Under the pieces are notes generated by a model. It was not told where the DNA came from, ran no database searches, and was given only the letters and a program-made list of their open reading frames with translations. From Eledone cirrhosa (Eukaryota): 64,000 nucleotides of DNA. Made by a program: the position numbers and the translations under genes. Positions 27,143 to 39,560 of the stretch are shown piece after piece. Position 1 is the first letter of the stretch. The number at the start of each line of letters is the position of its first letter. The stretch covers positions 112,220,001-112,284,000 of the forward strand of contig OZ024740.1 of the NCBI GenBank assembly GCA_964016885.1. The letters run 5' to 3'.

Positions 27143-30100
27143 CTACAGGCTTATGTAAAGAGAAGGCCCATTCACACGGGCCATTCTCGCCACTTTCACC
27201 CACCTTTCATAAAAACGACTGGGGTGCAGCACCTCTCTCTCCATCCTGATCCTTCTTCCGAAATGATATCGGAAGAAACGGACCAGTTGTTGGCCAGAGA
27301 GAAAGGCGCCCGACCTCAGTCCTTTCAGACGCGTCCACCATACAACCTCTTTCGCCATGGCTATTACGCACAGAAACACCGCCTCTGCTTCATCTTTGAA
27401 GGGGGGAGGCGGCTTGATCATTACAATAGACTCGGTGGTCAACCGGATCGGTCCCACCCTTGACAGCAGTTGTTCGACATAGCCCCACAGATCGGCTACG
27501 CCCGAGCAGTGTACCAATGCGTGTGCAACGGTTTCCTCGTCGCACACGCATCTGGGACAGATCTTTTTGGCGGGGTCCCTACCCGGGCGCCCGTGTCTGT
27601 AGAGCCTTTCTCGAACGGGTAAAGCCCCTCGGTAGCACTGCCAGGCCAGGGACTTCTGGAAGTTGTCCATAGGTCCCGGGCTGAATGTCCTACCGAACAG
27701 GCTGGCCAGTTCGTCCTCCTCCATGTCTAGGGCTTCTCCGAGGGCGTCGTCGCACCTGCTGCGTACCAGCCCTCTATAGAATGTTGCGGTGGAGTCTCCA
27801 CTGATAACCGGATCCGCCTGCCAGAGGGCGGTGAGCGCCTGGGCACACTCAGTGTGCCAGGCGCCCAGTTTTCTCGGTCTCTGCTTGACCCAGGATTGTA
27901 GTTCGGTGAGTGAGACGAGTCTGGGAAAGGTTCGTCTCACAAACGGGGCCCACACCGGTTGTCTGGTGAGGAATACGTAGAGGTGCCGTAGCCTTAATGC
28001 GTGTTTACGCATCATTAGCCACGGCATCCCCAGCCCTCCTTTCGAAGGGTGTTGACAGCAGATGGATCTCCTCACCATAGGAGCCCGCCCCTTCCAAAGG
28101 AATTGGAAGAGCGCGCGCTCCATCTTGGTGAGGGTTTCCCTTGGGCAGGGCACTACGGTCAGGCGGTAGTAGATGACGGACGCTATATAAGTGTTCGCCA
28201 CCTCCGCCCGACCTTTCAGGGATAGTTTGCAACTGGCCCACTTCTGGGTCAGTGCAAACACCCTGTTCGTAACCTCCGCCCAGTTTTTCTCCACCTGGAG
28301 GTCCGGTCCGAACCAGACCCCGAGCAACTTCACCGGGCCCTCCGTCCAGCGTCCGACGACGCCATCGGAGGGCATCGGTCTGCCCCTCCACGTGCCGAGT
28401 TGCAAACCGATCGACTTGTCCCGGTTCAGCTTAGCCCCTGTGAACTTTTCGTACTCCTCCAGTAAGGTGCCGACCGCCTCGATTTCGGAGGCCGTCGACA
28501 CCATTACTGTCACATCATCGGCGTAGGCTGACACCGCTTTCCGCAATCCCGGTTCCAAAGGGATGCCCTGCAACAACTCCAACTTCCGCAGTAGTGGCTC
28601 GAGAGTCAACACATACAGAAGGGAGGAGAGAGGGCACCCTTGTCGGATGGACCGCGCGATTTTGAACGGCTCCGAGAGGTAGCCGTTCACCTTGACCCTA
28701 GAGCAGATGCGGCTGCTGTGCATAGCAGTGATCCAGCCCCTGAAAACGGGTCCGAAGCCTGCCGCCGCTAGCACCGCATCCAGGTAACCATGGTCGACCC
28801 TATCGAACGCCTTAGATTGATCCAAGTTGATCAGAGCCCCACCAAAGCCGGGTTCGTTCCCAACCCTCTCTATGATGTATCGCATGAGGTGGAGGTTGTC
28901 ATGGATGGACCTGGACGGGATAGCGCATGTCTGCGCATCTCCCACCAGGTTGCCCACGACAAGCGCCAACCTCTTTGCTAGCACCTTGGCCAAAATCTGT
29001 AACTCTGTATTTAGCAGAGTTATGGGCCTGAAGTTACTTATTTCGTCCCCCTTGTTCTCGTCCTTCCTCACTAGCGTGACTACGCCCTTGGTCACAGTAC
29101 AGGGAATTCTCCCGTTCTGTTGCCAGTTGCAGTAGACCGCCTCGAGGAGATCGGGGAACAAGTCCGGCATAGCTAGATATAATTCGTAAGGAAGACCATC
29201 GAGACCCGGGGATTTGCGTTTGCCGCATTGGCCCAGCACGTCCTCTATCTCAGCGGCCGAAATCGGCTCCTCGCAAGACTTCGCCTCCCTGTCCGAGAGG
29301 CGCGGCAGGCCGTCGAGGTATGGACCGAAGTCCACGTTTCCAACCGGCTCCCCGCCCCTCCCGAACAGTCGGGCAAAGTGCCTTTGAAAGGCCTCACACA
29401 TCTGCTTAGGCTCAAGAATCGCCCGTCCATCCAGGTCTCGCAAAGACCGGATGGTGGATTTAGTTCCACTGTTGGCCTCTGTCACGCGGGCCCAGCTAAC
29501 AGCTTTGGCCCCCTCGTTCCCTAGAGCACGTATTTTACTTCGGACAACGCAGCCTTCGTGCTTCGCGTCGAAAAACTGGCTCAAAGCCGTTCTCGACGCT
29601 AGCACTCTGGCCACGTCGCCGCTTCTAATTGCCTCTTCTACTCTATCTATTAGCTCCCTTTCCTTCCTATTCCTATCCGCAGCTAGAACCTTACTAAATT
29701 CAATCGAGACTACTCTAATCTCTCTCTTTAGAGATACCCACCACCTGCTGTTGACGATCGCTCCAGTCAACCGTTCCTTAACTAACGTACTAATCCGATT
29801 CCTGTAGGCTCTACTTGCCGGCAAGGACAAGTTGAGCTTCCAGTAACCGGGGCCCTGTCTATGCGTTCTATCAAGGTTGACCATGCAGGTCACCAACTTG
29901 TGGTCTGAATAGCCAACCATGAGCATTTCTGGACAACTTAAAAAGTCCCTGTCCTTATTTCTAACTAAAAATCTATCTAGGTACGATCTAGATGATCCGC
30001 TGCGATTTGACCAAGACCAGGTTGGCACCGTCGGAAAATCTAGTCGAAATCTATCGGCCAGGTCAAATCGGCCGAGTAACCCCTTGAGGCTGTTGCACCC

Positions 30101-30580
30101 CTCTCTATCGGGACATGCCCCTGCATAGTCCCAACGTGCATCCAGGATACCATTCCAATCCCCCACTAAAAGCAGGGAACGGGACGTCCCTAGAAAAGAC
30201 TCCAGACGCTGGAAAAAGTCGGGCCGCTCTGTCCCAAAAGGGGCATATGCGGCTATCAGCCTAAAGGCTCTACCTTCACCACTGCCAAGGTCCAGCACCA
30301 CCAGTCGACCCCCTGGGTCCAAGTGAACTATCTGTGTTGCAAGGCCCATATGTTTTTGCAGCAGAACGACAACCCCACCCCCACCTCCGGGCTGACAGAG
30401 AGATGCGTGCATCTCAAAGTCGTCAAAGGTGGGGGCTAGCTGTCGCATGCTGCTGATCCGGGCCTCGCAGATAACCATCACATTTATAGATTGTGACCTG
30501 AGGTCATTTAGAAGCATTGCTTGCTTCCAAGACGAGCCCAGGCCACGCGCATTTAGACACCCTACTCTTAGCACAGCCAT
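27143..30580 (-). CDS. ORF2: APE endonuclease, reverse transcriptase and C-terminal zinc finger (~1145 aa from the ATG at 30580)
   Basis: APE motifs NARGL, YAP, GDWN, SYLDR, SDHK. RT motifs KSPGLDG, FRPITLLN, LDQSKAFDRVDH, RQGCPLS, YADD. C-terminal CPRC…ETVAHALVHC. The GPGYWKLN linker is typical of L1/Tx1. Confidence 0.97.
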   Translation of the reverse strand: MAVLRVGCLNARGLGSSWKQAMLLNDLRSQSINVMVICEARISSMRQLAPTFDDFEMHASLCQPGGGGGVVVLLQKHMGLATQIVHLDPGGRLVVLDLGSGEGRAFRLIAAYAPFGTERPDFFQRLESFLGTSRSLLLVGDWNGILDARWDYAGACPDREGCNSLKGLLGRFDLADRFRLDFPTVPTWSWSNRSGSSRSYLDRFLVRNKDRDFLSCPEMLMVGYSDHKLVTCMVNLDRTHRQGPGYWKLNLSLPASRAYRNRISTLVKERLTGAIVNSRWWVSLKREIRVVSIEFSKVLAADRNRKERELIDRVEEAIRSGDVARVLASRTALSQFFDAKHEGCVVRSKIRALGNEGAKAVSWARVTEANSGTKSTIRSLRDLDGRAILEPKQMCEAFQRHFARLFGRGGEPVGNVDFGPYLDGLPRLSDREAKSCEEPISAAEIEDVLGQCGKRKSPGLDGLPYELYLAMPDLFPDLLEAVYCNWQQNGRIPCTVTKGVVTLVRKDENKGDEISNFRPITLLNTELQILAKVLAKRLALVVGNLVGDAQTCAIPSRSIHDNLHLMRYIIERVGNEPGFGGALINLDQSKAFDRVDHGYLDAVLAAAGFGPVFRGWITAMHSSRICSRVKVNGYLSEPFKIARSIRQGCPLSSLLYVLTLEPLLRKLELLQGIPLEPGLRKAVSAYADDVTVMVSTASEIEAVGTLLEEYEKFTGAKLNRDKSIGLQLGTWRGRPMPSDGVVGRWTEGPVKLLGVWFGPDLQVEKNWAEVTNRVFALTQKWASCKLSLKGRAEVANTYIASVIYYRLTVVPCPRETLTKMERALFQFLWKGRAPMVRRSICCQHPSKGGLGMPWLMMRKHALRLRHLYVFLTRQPVWAPFVRRTFPRLVSLTELQSWVKQRPRKLGAWHTECAQALTALWQADPVISGDSTATFYRGLVRSRCDDALGEALDMEEDELASLFGRTFSPGPMDNFQKSLAWQCYRGALPVRERLYRHGRPGRDPAKKICPRCVCDEETVAHALVHCSGVADLWGYVEQLLSRVGPIRLTTESIVMIKPPPPFKDEAEAVFLCVIAMAKEVVWWTRLKGLRSGAFLSGQQLVRFFRYHFGRRIRMEREVLHPSRFYERWVKVARMARVNGPSLYISL

Positions 30581-30604
30581 GTTGGTGGTAAAGAGAAAAG
30601 GCAC

Positions 30605-32247
30605 TTACCTCTCTGCGTCCCGGGAAACGGGCCGCTCAATTTCCATGCTGGTTGGGGATGGGTTGTTGGGTGGGGTTGTGGTTTGTGGAAGTGAAGGGGC
30701 ATCGGTGTGTTGTGGGGTTGGGGTGTTTGTCGTTGAGTGGGTGTCTGGGTGAGGTGGGGGGGTGAAATTTTTTAGGAGGACGCGGTTGATTGGTTTGGCG
30801 CAGGGGGGGCCCACGTCCTCCGTGAAATTTATTTTCAGTGTTTTGTACAAGTGCATTGGGACTTTTATCATTTTCAAATGAGGTAGTCCCACAGCAGTTA
30901 TAAAGTTTGGCCCTTCGGTTTGGACCGAAGGGTTTGCTGAAATTGTTTTCCGTAATTCTTTGTTGTCTGTGTTCATGTATGTGTATTGTAATGTCTTTTT
31001 TTGTGTAGCAGTTAGTGTTGTGTGACAGGGAGGGGTGGTTTGTGTGTAGTTTGTGTTCTCTTGGGGGGGATTAAAGTTAACATGTGTGTCTGTGGTGCGT
31101 CTCCTCTTCTTTCTTTTTACTTGTTGGAAGGGATCTTTTTCGTCTTGCGACGAAAGAGGTTCGTCTTCCTTGTTGGGTGGGAGGGGTATGTTTTCTGGTA
31201 GTGTTTGCGGTGTGCGTGTTTTTGTATTTGTTTTGGGTGGGGAGGGATTGGGTGGGACAGTATTCTGTGTTATTTTTTCACGTGTTTGTTGTTGTTGTTG
31301 TTGTGGTGGTGGTGGTGGGGTTGTTGGTTTTTGTTGTTGTTGTGGTTGTTTTTGTTGTTGTAGTTGGGGTGGTGTTGGTGTTGGTAGCAGTGTTTTTTTC
31401 TGTGTGAGCTGGGGACAGGCAGCCCTCAGGTGACCTCTATTGCCACAGAGGTAACAGGAGGGACGCCTACCCTCCACAATAATGTTGAGGTGGGTACGGT
31501 CATCCAGCATGACGCGCTCAGGGATTTGGGCGATGCGTTCTGGCCTTATTTGGGTCAGAACTTCGATGCTCGTTCCACTGAACGCGTCGCCGGATGCCTT
31601 CCCTATTGAGATGAGGTTGTCCTCGTCTAAATTGAGGAAACCGGTTAGTAACCACCAGTAGTTTATGTTTGGGGTGATGGTGGTTATCCATATCCTCTGG
31701 GTTTTTTTACCCATGTAGGTAGGGAAGAAGGTGTAGTGTGTGGACCGAATTGGCGACACAGAGTATTTTTTTGCCGCCAATTCGTCTTTCATCAATATGG
31801 ATAAACTCCCATAGAGTTTATCCTTTTGTATGAAAGTGATGTCTCTCATCGCGTCTTTCAAGACTAACTGAGTTTCCGCTTGAGATGGTTGCGCTGGTTT
31901 CTTTGTTTTATTTAAAATTGTTCGGAATACGACAGTTCGTAATTCCGTCTGTCTTTTTAGCTCCGGAGGTGAATGTATAGAAAACGATCCGTTTTCGCCA
32001 AAAGACACATATTTCTTGGCTTTTTCCAGCATTTCTTTTGCTTTTGAAATATCTTCCAGCACATAAGCGACTGATAATTTAGCCGTTTGTGCAAAAGATA
32101 TTTTGTTTTCGTTTTGGATATTAGTATTGTTTTGTTTCTCGTCGTTTGAGTTGTTTTCATCTTTGTTGTTGTTGTTGTCTTTCTCGTTTCGTGTGTGGAT
32201 ACTTGTGACGTTTGTGTTGTTGTTGTTTTTGTTGTCTTTATTGTTGC

Positions 32248-32278
<31 letters not shown>

Positions 32279-32455
32279 GTTTTCAAATTCTTGTGTAGTT
32301 GTGGCTACATCTAGTGGTCGGTCAACAGGTGAAGACAATTCTTCCTCTCTCTGACCTCTGCCTTTGGCATCTGCTGCTGTGACAGTGGCAGGGGGAAGCT
32401 GTGAGTATGACTTCCCCTTTCCTTCTTTGATTGATGGTGAAGATGATTCAGCCAT
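30605..32455 (-). CDS. ORF1: gag-like nucleic-acid-binding protein (~616 aa)
   Basis: ATG at 32455; single zinc knuckle CYLCGNRGHLRAAC (CX2CX4HX4C); basic cluster KRKKRRR; poly-N and P/Q/T low-complexity tracts; directly upstream of ORF2. Confidence 0.9.
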
Positions 32456-32681
32456 TTTTCTCAAAATAGGGTTTTTCGAAGTTTTTCGAAAGATAAAATG
32501 TTCACAATACTATTTCGCCCAAAGGCGCAGAATATTTTGAGAGACCGACCAGATCAAAATTTGACCTGGCAGTCCCTCTACAAAATGATACAAAAATGAA
32601 AGTTTACAGTTTACAATTTCCGTATGAATTTAAACAAAAACTTACCGAGCGAGCTCAGCACATGTGTCCATCAGATAGATG

Positions 32682-32722
<41 letters not shown>

Positions 32723-32726
32723 GTAT

Positions 32727-32976
32727 GTTTCTTTATTAGCCACAGGGGCACAAAAGAAGGGGACAAATACAAAGGGGGAAGTTTACATACAATAAAAACG
32801 TGTAAAATATTATCACAAATGCAATTTAAAAATTAATCGACTTTCCCCAATAGGAGACATTACATATGGGTAACACATACCCCCGAAAAAATGTGCAACC
32901 CTCATCTCCAGGAGTACGAGGAGTGAGTACCCCTTTCCTCTCTTCCTCTTTTTCCTTAACCTACAGGCTGATATAG

Positions 32977-32978
<2 letters not shown>
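32727..32978 (-). mobile_element. 5'-truncated Tx1-like LINE relative (last codons of ORF2 plus 3' UTR) in (GATA)n
   Basis: Minus strand CTC TAT ATC AGC CTG TAG encodes LYISL*, the same C-terminus as ORF2. The 3' UTR is homologous and ends GTGGCT-AATAAA-GAAAC…(TATC)n. Confidence 0.85.
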
Positions 32979-33010
<32 letters not shown>

Positions 33011-33184
33011 GCAGACAATAGATAATAGGGAGGTAGAAAGTTAGACGATATATTAAGGCGGGAAGGAAAGAAGAAAAAGCAAGAAAAATCAGAAAGCCAA
33101 ACAGAAAGGAGAAGAAACACAAAAAGAAAGAGAAGTAAATAAATATGACAAATAAAAGAAAAAAACGATAAAATTATATCAGCA

Positions 33185-35095
33185 CTTCTACCACCACCCC
33201 CATCACCATCACCCCTACCACTGCTACCACCACCCCCATCACCATCACCCCTACCACTGCTACCACCACCCCCCATCACCCGTCACGCCCACCACTACTA
33301 CCACCACCCTCATCACCATCACCGTCACCCCCACCACCACCCTCATCACCACTACTACCACCACCCTCATCACTACCATCCCACCACCACCACCACCACC
33401 ACCGTCACCCCCACCACCACCCTCATCACCACAACTACCACCACTCTCATCATCACCACTACCATCACCGCCACCATCACCGCCACCACCCTCACCACTA
33501 CCACCACCACCATCATCACCACTACCATCCCACCACCACCACTGTCATCCTCACCACAACCATCACCACCATCACCCCTACCACCCTCACTACCACCATC
33601 ACCACTACCACCACCTTCACCTTCATCCTCACTACCACCATCACTACCACCACTCTCACTACCATCGTCGTCATCACCAGTATTACCACCACCCTCACCA
33701 CCACCACCACCACCACCCCAACAACAACACCACCACCACTACCACCACCACCACCACCACCGCCAACACCACCACCAACACCACCAACACCACCTCCACT
33801 ACCACCACCACCACCAACACCACCACCACTACCACCACCACTACCACCACCAACACCACCACCACCACCACCGCCAACGCCACCACCACCACCACCACCA
33901 CTACCACCACCAACACCACCACCACCACCACCAACACTACCTCCACTACCACCACCAACACCACCACCACCGCCAACACCACCACCACCACCACCACCGC
34001 CAACACCACCACCACCACCACCACCGCCAACACCACCACCACCACCAACACCAACACCACCACCACTACCACCACCACCACTGCCACCACCAACACCAAC
34101 ACCACCACCACTACCACCACCACCACTGCCACCACCAACACCAACACCACCACCACTACCACCACTGCCACCACCACCAACAACACCGCCAACACCACCA
34201 CCACCAACACCACCGTTCCACCACCATCACCACTACCACCACCACCACTGCCACCACCAACACCAACACCACCACCACTACCACCACCACCACTGCCACC
34301 ACCACCACCAACACCGCCAACACCACCACCACCAACACCACCGTTCCACCACCATCACCACTACCACCACCACCACTGCCACCACCACCACCACCGCCAA
34401 CACCAACACCACCACTTCCACCACCACCACCACTGCCACCACCAACACCAACACCACCACCACGACCACCACCACCACCACCGCCAACACCAACACCACC
34501 ACTTCCACCACCACCACCACTGCTACCACCACCACCAACACCACCACCACTACCACCACCACCACCACCGCCAACACCAACACCACCACCACTACCAACA
34601 CCACCACTGCTACTACCAACACCAACACCACCACCAACACCAACACCACCACTTCCACCACCACCACCACTTCCACCACCACCACCACTGCTACCACCAC
34701 CACCAACACCACCACCACTACCACCACCACCAACACCAACACCGCCACTTCCACCACCACCACCACTGCTACCACCACCGCCAACACCACCAACACCAAC
34801 ACCACCACTTCCACCACCACCACCACCACTTCCACCACCACCACCACTTCCACCACCACCACCACTGCTACCACCACCGCCAACACCACCAACACCAACA
34901 CCACCACTTCCACCACCACCACCACCACTTCCACCACCACCACCACTTCCACCACCACCACCACTGCTACCACCACCGCCAACACCACCAACACCAACAC
35001 CACCACTTCCACCACCACCACCACCACTTCCACCACCACCACCACTTCCACCACCACCAACACCGCCACCACCACCACCAACACCGCCACCACTA
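33185..35095. repeat. Degenerate (ACC)n trinucleotide array with higher-order units
   Basis: ACC/ACT/AAC/GCC triplets; source of the poly-G and poly-V pseudo-ORFs. Confidence 0.95.
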
Positions 35096-35328
35096 ATATA
35101 TGTGGTCAAGAGATCTAATGCCAGCCAGCATCCAATTTAACACAGAGCAAGGAAAGAGTTAACAGCTGAACTGAGAAAGGAGAGGGGGAAGGTGAGAGAG
35201 AGAATAAGAAAGTGGGAGAGAGAGAGTGAAAATATGGAGGGGGGTAAGTAAATGATAGTGAGAGGAAGGATAATAGAGAAACTGGGAGGGAATGTGGAGA
35301 AAATAAGAGAGAGAGAGTGGGTGTGTCT

Positions 35329-35378
<50 letters not shown>

Positions 35379-35464
35379 ATGAGAGAAAATGATTAAGAGA
35401 GAAAATGAGACAGTGAGAAAGAGGGAATAAGAGAGAGAGTGTGACAATAGTAATGAAGGGCGGT

Positions 35465-36290
35465 GTTGATGGTGTTGGTGGTGTTGGTGGTGCAGTTAGG
35501 CCATGTATCCCCCCCTCCTCCTCTGGGGTGAGGATGTTGTTGGTGGTGTTGGTGGTGCAGTTAGGCCATGTATCCCCCCCTCCTCCTCTGGGGTGAGGAT
35601 GTTGTTGGTGGTGTTGGTGGTGCAGTTAGGCCATGTATCCCCCCCTCCTCCTCTGGAGTGAGGATGTTGTTGGTGGTGTTGGTGGTGCAGTTAGGCCATG
35701 TATCCCCCCCTCCTCCTCTGGAGTGAGGATGTTGTTGGTGGTGCAGTTAGGCCATGTATCCCCCCCTCCTCCTCTGGGGTGAGGATGTTGTTGGTGGTGT
35801 TGGTGGTGTTGGTGGTGTAGTTAGGCCATGTGCCCCTTCCCCACCTCCTCTGTGGTGGTGTTGATGTTGTTGGTGGTGTTGGTGGTGCAGTTAGGCCATG
35901 TATCCCCCCCTCCTCCTCTGGGGTGAGGATGTTGTTGGTGGTGTTGGTGGTGTTGGTGGTGTAGTTAGGCCATGTGCCCCTTCCCCACCTCCTCTGTGGT
36001 GGTGTTGATGTTGTTGGTGGTGTTGGTGGTGCAGTTAGGCCATGTATCCCCCCTCCTCCTCTGGGGTGAGGATGTTGTTGGTGGTGTTGGTGGTGTAGTT
36101 AGGCCATGTGCCCCTTCCCCACCTCCTCTGTGGTGGTGTTGATGTTGTTGGTGGTGTTGGTGGTGCAGTTAGGCCATGTATCCCCCCTCCTCCTCTGGAG
36201 TGAGGATGTTGTTGGTGGTGTTGGTGGTGTTGGTGGTGTTGGTGGTGTTGGTGGTGTAGTTAGGCCATGTGCCCCTTCCCCCCTCCTCTG
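35465..36290. repeat. ~55-75-bp minisatellite with two unit types
   Basis: Type A: GCAGTTAGGCCATGTATCCCCCCCTCCTCCTCTGG(G/A)GTGAGGATG. Type B: GTAGTTAGGCCATGTGCCCCTTCCCCACCTCCTCTGTGG. Units are separated by GGTGGTGTT spacers. Confidence 0.9.
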
Positions 36291-36476
36291 GAATGAATAC
36301 ATTTCTTTATTGTTACACCACCACCACATACATATTGTCATTGAAGAGAGTCGACCGTTAGTGGTGGTGGTGGTGGTATGATGGCGATAGTGGTGATGAT
36401 GATAGGGGGGTGCTGGTGATGGTTGTGGTATTATTGATGATGATGTTTGTAGCGATGGTGAACACTGATGATAATG

Positions 36477-36685
36477 GTTTCTTATATAGGCACAAGGCCA
36501 GTAATTCGGGGGGGGGTCGATTAAATCAACCCCAGTGCGTGACTGGTACTTTATTTTATCGACCCCGTAAGGATGAAAGGCAAAGTTGACCTCGGCGAGA
36601 TTTGAACTCAGACCGTAAAGGGACGAAACTCTGTGCCGCAAAGCATGGCATCCGACCTTCTACCGATACTGCCAATCCACCGCCC
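36477..36685 (-). mobile_element. tRNA-derived SINE, family 1
   Basis: Full-length reverse-orientation homolog of 4005-4190. Confidence 0.85.
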
Positions 36686-36714
36686 TTGGTTTCTGATTTA
36701 GGTTCAATAAGTTG

Positions 36715-36915
36715 TTCGAACAGTAGAACAGTCTGCTTGTGAAATTAACTTGTAAACAAATGAGCATTCCACAGACACGTGCATCCATAACGTAGTTCTC
36801 AGGGAGATTCAGCATGAGATTGAGTTTGTAACATGGCTGGCCATTTGTCTTAGAGGTGCAACTCATTTTTGCCAGCTGAGTGAACCTTAAGTCGTGAGCC
36901 GAACACCGTAAGCAT
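36715..36915 (-). mobile_element. tRNA-derived SINE, family 2
   Basis: Reverse-complement homolog of 600-810. Confidence 0.65.
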
Positions 36916-37105
36916 TGTACCTCCACACTCACACATACATATATACATATACATACACAAGTTCACATACGGACTCACACTCACGAACAGATACGCACTA
37001 ATACACACGAACACACTGATACACTCACAAACACACACACACAATAATGCACTCACACACATACACACACACACACACACACAATAAGGCATTCACACAC
37101 AGAGA

Positions 37106-37198
<93 letters not shown>

Positions 37199-37769
37199 AC
37201 ACACACACACACACACACACACACACTCAATCTTTCAGAAGTTGATACCACCTGTCAAAGTGATTTATTATTGAACAACAGAACTTACCTGTGGGCTCTC
37301 GATAGAATATGAAGGTTTATAGAGAAGAAATAAGTGGGGGAGAAGAAGGGGGAGTTTATAGGGATCGGGTGGGGTATAGGGTGGAGAAAGGGGTGGATTG
37401 GCGGATGGAAGCGGGGTGTGCGAAGTACTTCACTAAATGTCAACAGCTTCTTTAAGACACACCTGAATACCTTCTTAATGATGTAATCATCATCATCATC
37501 ATCATAACCACCACCTCCATACTAACAATCATCAGCATCATCACTATCACCATCATCACCACTACTACCATCATCATCATTGTGACCACCACCACCACCA
37601 TAATAACAATCATCGTCATCATCACTATCACCAGCATCAGCAGCAGCAGTATTATCACCTCCGCCTCCTCCTCATCATCATCATCACCATCATGGCCACC
37701 TATGCAAGCCGGTGTGATACTTCGCTCTGAGTATTCTAACTTTGTTCCGTAAACGAATCTTTACCACCA

Positions 37770-39147
37770 TCCCCACCTTCACCACTACAATTGCTACATC
37801 ATCATCATCGCCAATACTGTTGGTAAAACCACCACCATCATCCCCACCACCACCACTACCACCACCACCACCACTACTACCATCACCACCACTACCATCA
37901 CCACCACCACCACTACTACCACCACCACCACCACCACCACACCATCACCACCACCACCACTACTACCACCACCACCACCACTACTACCACCACCACCACT
38001 ACTACCACCAGCACCATCACCACCACTACTACCATCACCACCACCACCACCACTACTACCACCACTACTATCACCACCACTACTACCATCACCACCACCA
38101 CCACCACCACCACTACTACTACTACCATCACCACCACCACCACCACCACCACTACTACCACCACCACCACCATTACCATCACCACCACCACCACTACTAC
38201 CATCACCACCACCCACTACTACCACCACCACCATTACTACCATCACCACTACTACCATCACCACCACCATCACCACCACCATCACCACCACTACTACCAC
38301 CACCACCACCATTACTACCATCACCACTACTACCATCATCACCACCATCACCACCACCATCACCACCACTACTACCATCATCACCACCACTACTACCATC
38401 ACCACTACTACCATCACCACCACCATCACCACCACTACTACCATCATCACCACCACTACTACCATCACCACTACTACCATCATCACCACCACCATCACCA
38501 CCACTACTACCACCACCACCACCACCATTACTACCATCACCACTACTACCATCACCACCACCATCACCACCACTACTACCACCACCACCACCACTACTAC
38601 CACTACCACCACCACTACCACCACCACCACCACCACCACCACTACTACCACCACCACCACCACCACACTACCACCACCATCATCAACATCACTATCATCA
38701 CAACCACCATCATCATTACCAGCACCACCATACCCATTAATATCATAAAATGTAAGTGATGCTCCAGCATGGTCTCAACATTACCATATATGGTGATAGT
38801 CTAGACTTCATTTTATGGAATTATTACAATTTTCTTTTGGGTTTTCTTTGTTTTATTTATAGTTCTGTCTCCATAGTAACAGTGGTATTGGTAGTAGTAA
38901 CAGTGGTGGTGGTAGTAGTGGTAGTAGTAACAGTGGTGGTGATAGTAGTGGTAGTAGTAACAGTGGTGGTGGTAGTAGTGGTATTGGTAGTAGTAACAGT
39001 GGTGGTGGTAGTATAGTGGTTGTAGTAACAGTGGTGGTGTGGTAGTAGTGGTATTGGTAGTAGTAACAGTGGTGGTGGTAAGTAGTAGTGGTTATTGTGG
39101 TGGTGGTGGTATTGTTGATAGTTGTGGTGATGGTGATAGTGATAGTG

Positions 39148-39178
<31 letters not shown>

Positions 39179-39560
39179 TAGTGATGATAGTAGTGGTGGT
39201 GGTAGTAGTTGTAGTTGACATTGTTGTAAGCGTTAATATTGTAATTGTTTTTATTTGTTGTTGTTGATGTGATGGTGGTGGTGGTGGTGGTGGTGTGGTG
39301 GTGTGGTGGTGGTGGTGGTGTGGTGATGGTGGTGTCGTGGTCGTGATGTTGGGGGTGGTGGTGGTCGTCGTGATGGTGGTTGTGGTGGTGGTGGTGGTGT
39401 CGTGGTTGTGATGTTGGTGGTGTGGTGGTGATGGTGTCGTTGTGGTGATGTGCTGGTGTCGTGGTGGTGATGGTGCTGGTGTCGTGGTGATGGTGGTGAT
39501 GGTGGTCGTCGTCGTCGTCGTGTGGTGGTGATGGGGGTGTTGGTGGTGTGGTGGTGGTGT
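37770..39560. repeat. (ACC/ACT/ATC)n array followed by an opposite-strand (GGT/AGT)n array
   Basis: C-rich block 37770-38735 and G-rich block 38875-39560. Confidence 0.9.

Larger units (their letters stand above)
26879..32673 (-). mobile_element. Full-length L1/Tx1-clade non-LTR retrotransposon inserted in (GATA)n
   Basis: ~220-bp 5' UTR, ORF1, 24-nt spacer, ORF2, ~260-bp 3' UTR with AATAAA running into (TATC)n. GC content is clearly above the flanks and both ORFs are uninterrupted. Confidence 0.95.

Noticed and set aside
33522-38740. Gly-rich, Val-rich and Pro/His-rich ORFs resembling structural proteins
   Set aside because: (ACC)n-type repeats open in several frames on both strands, with no splice signals or unique domains.
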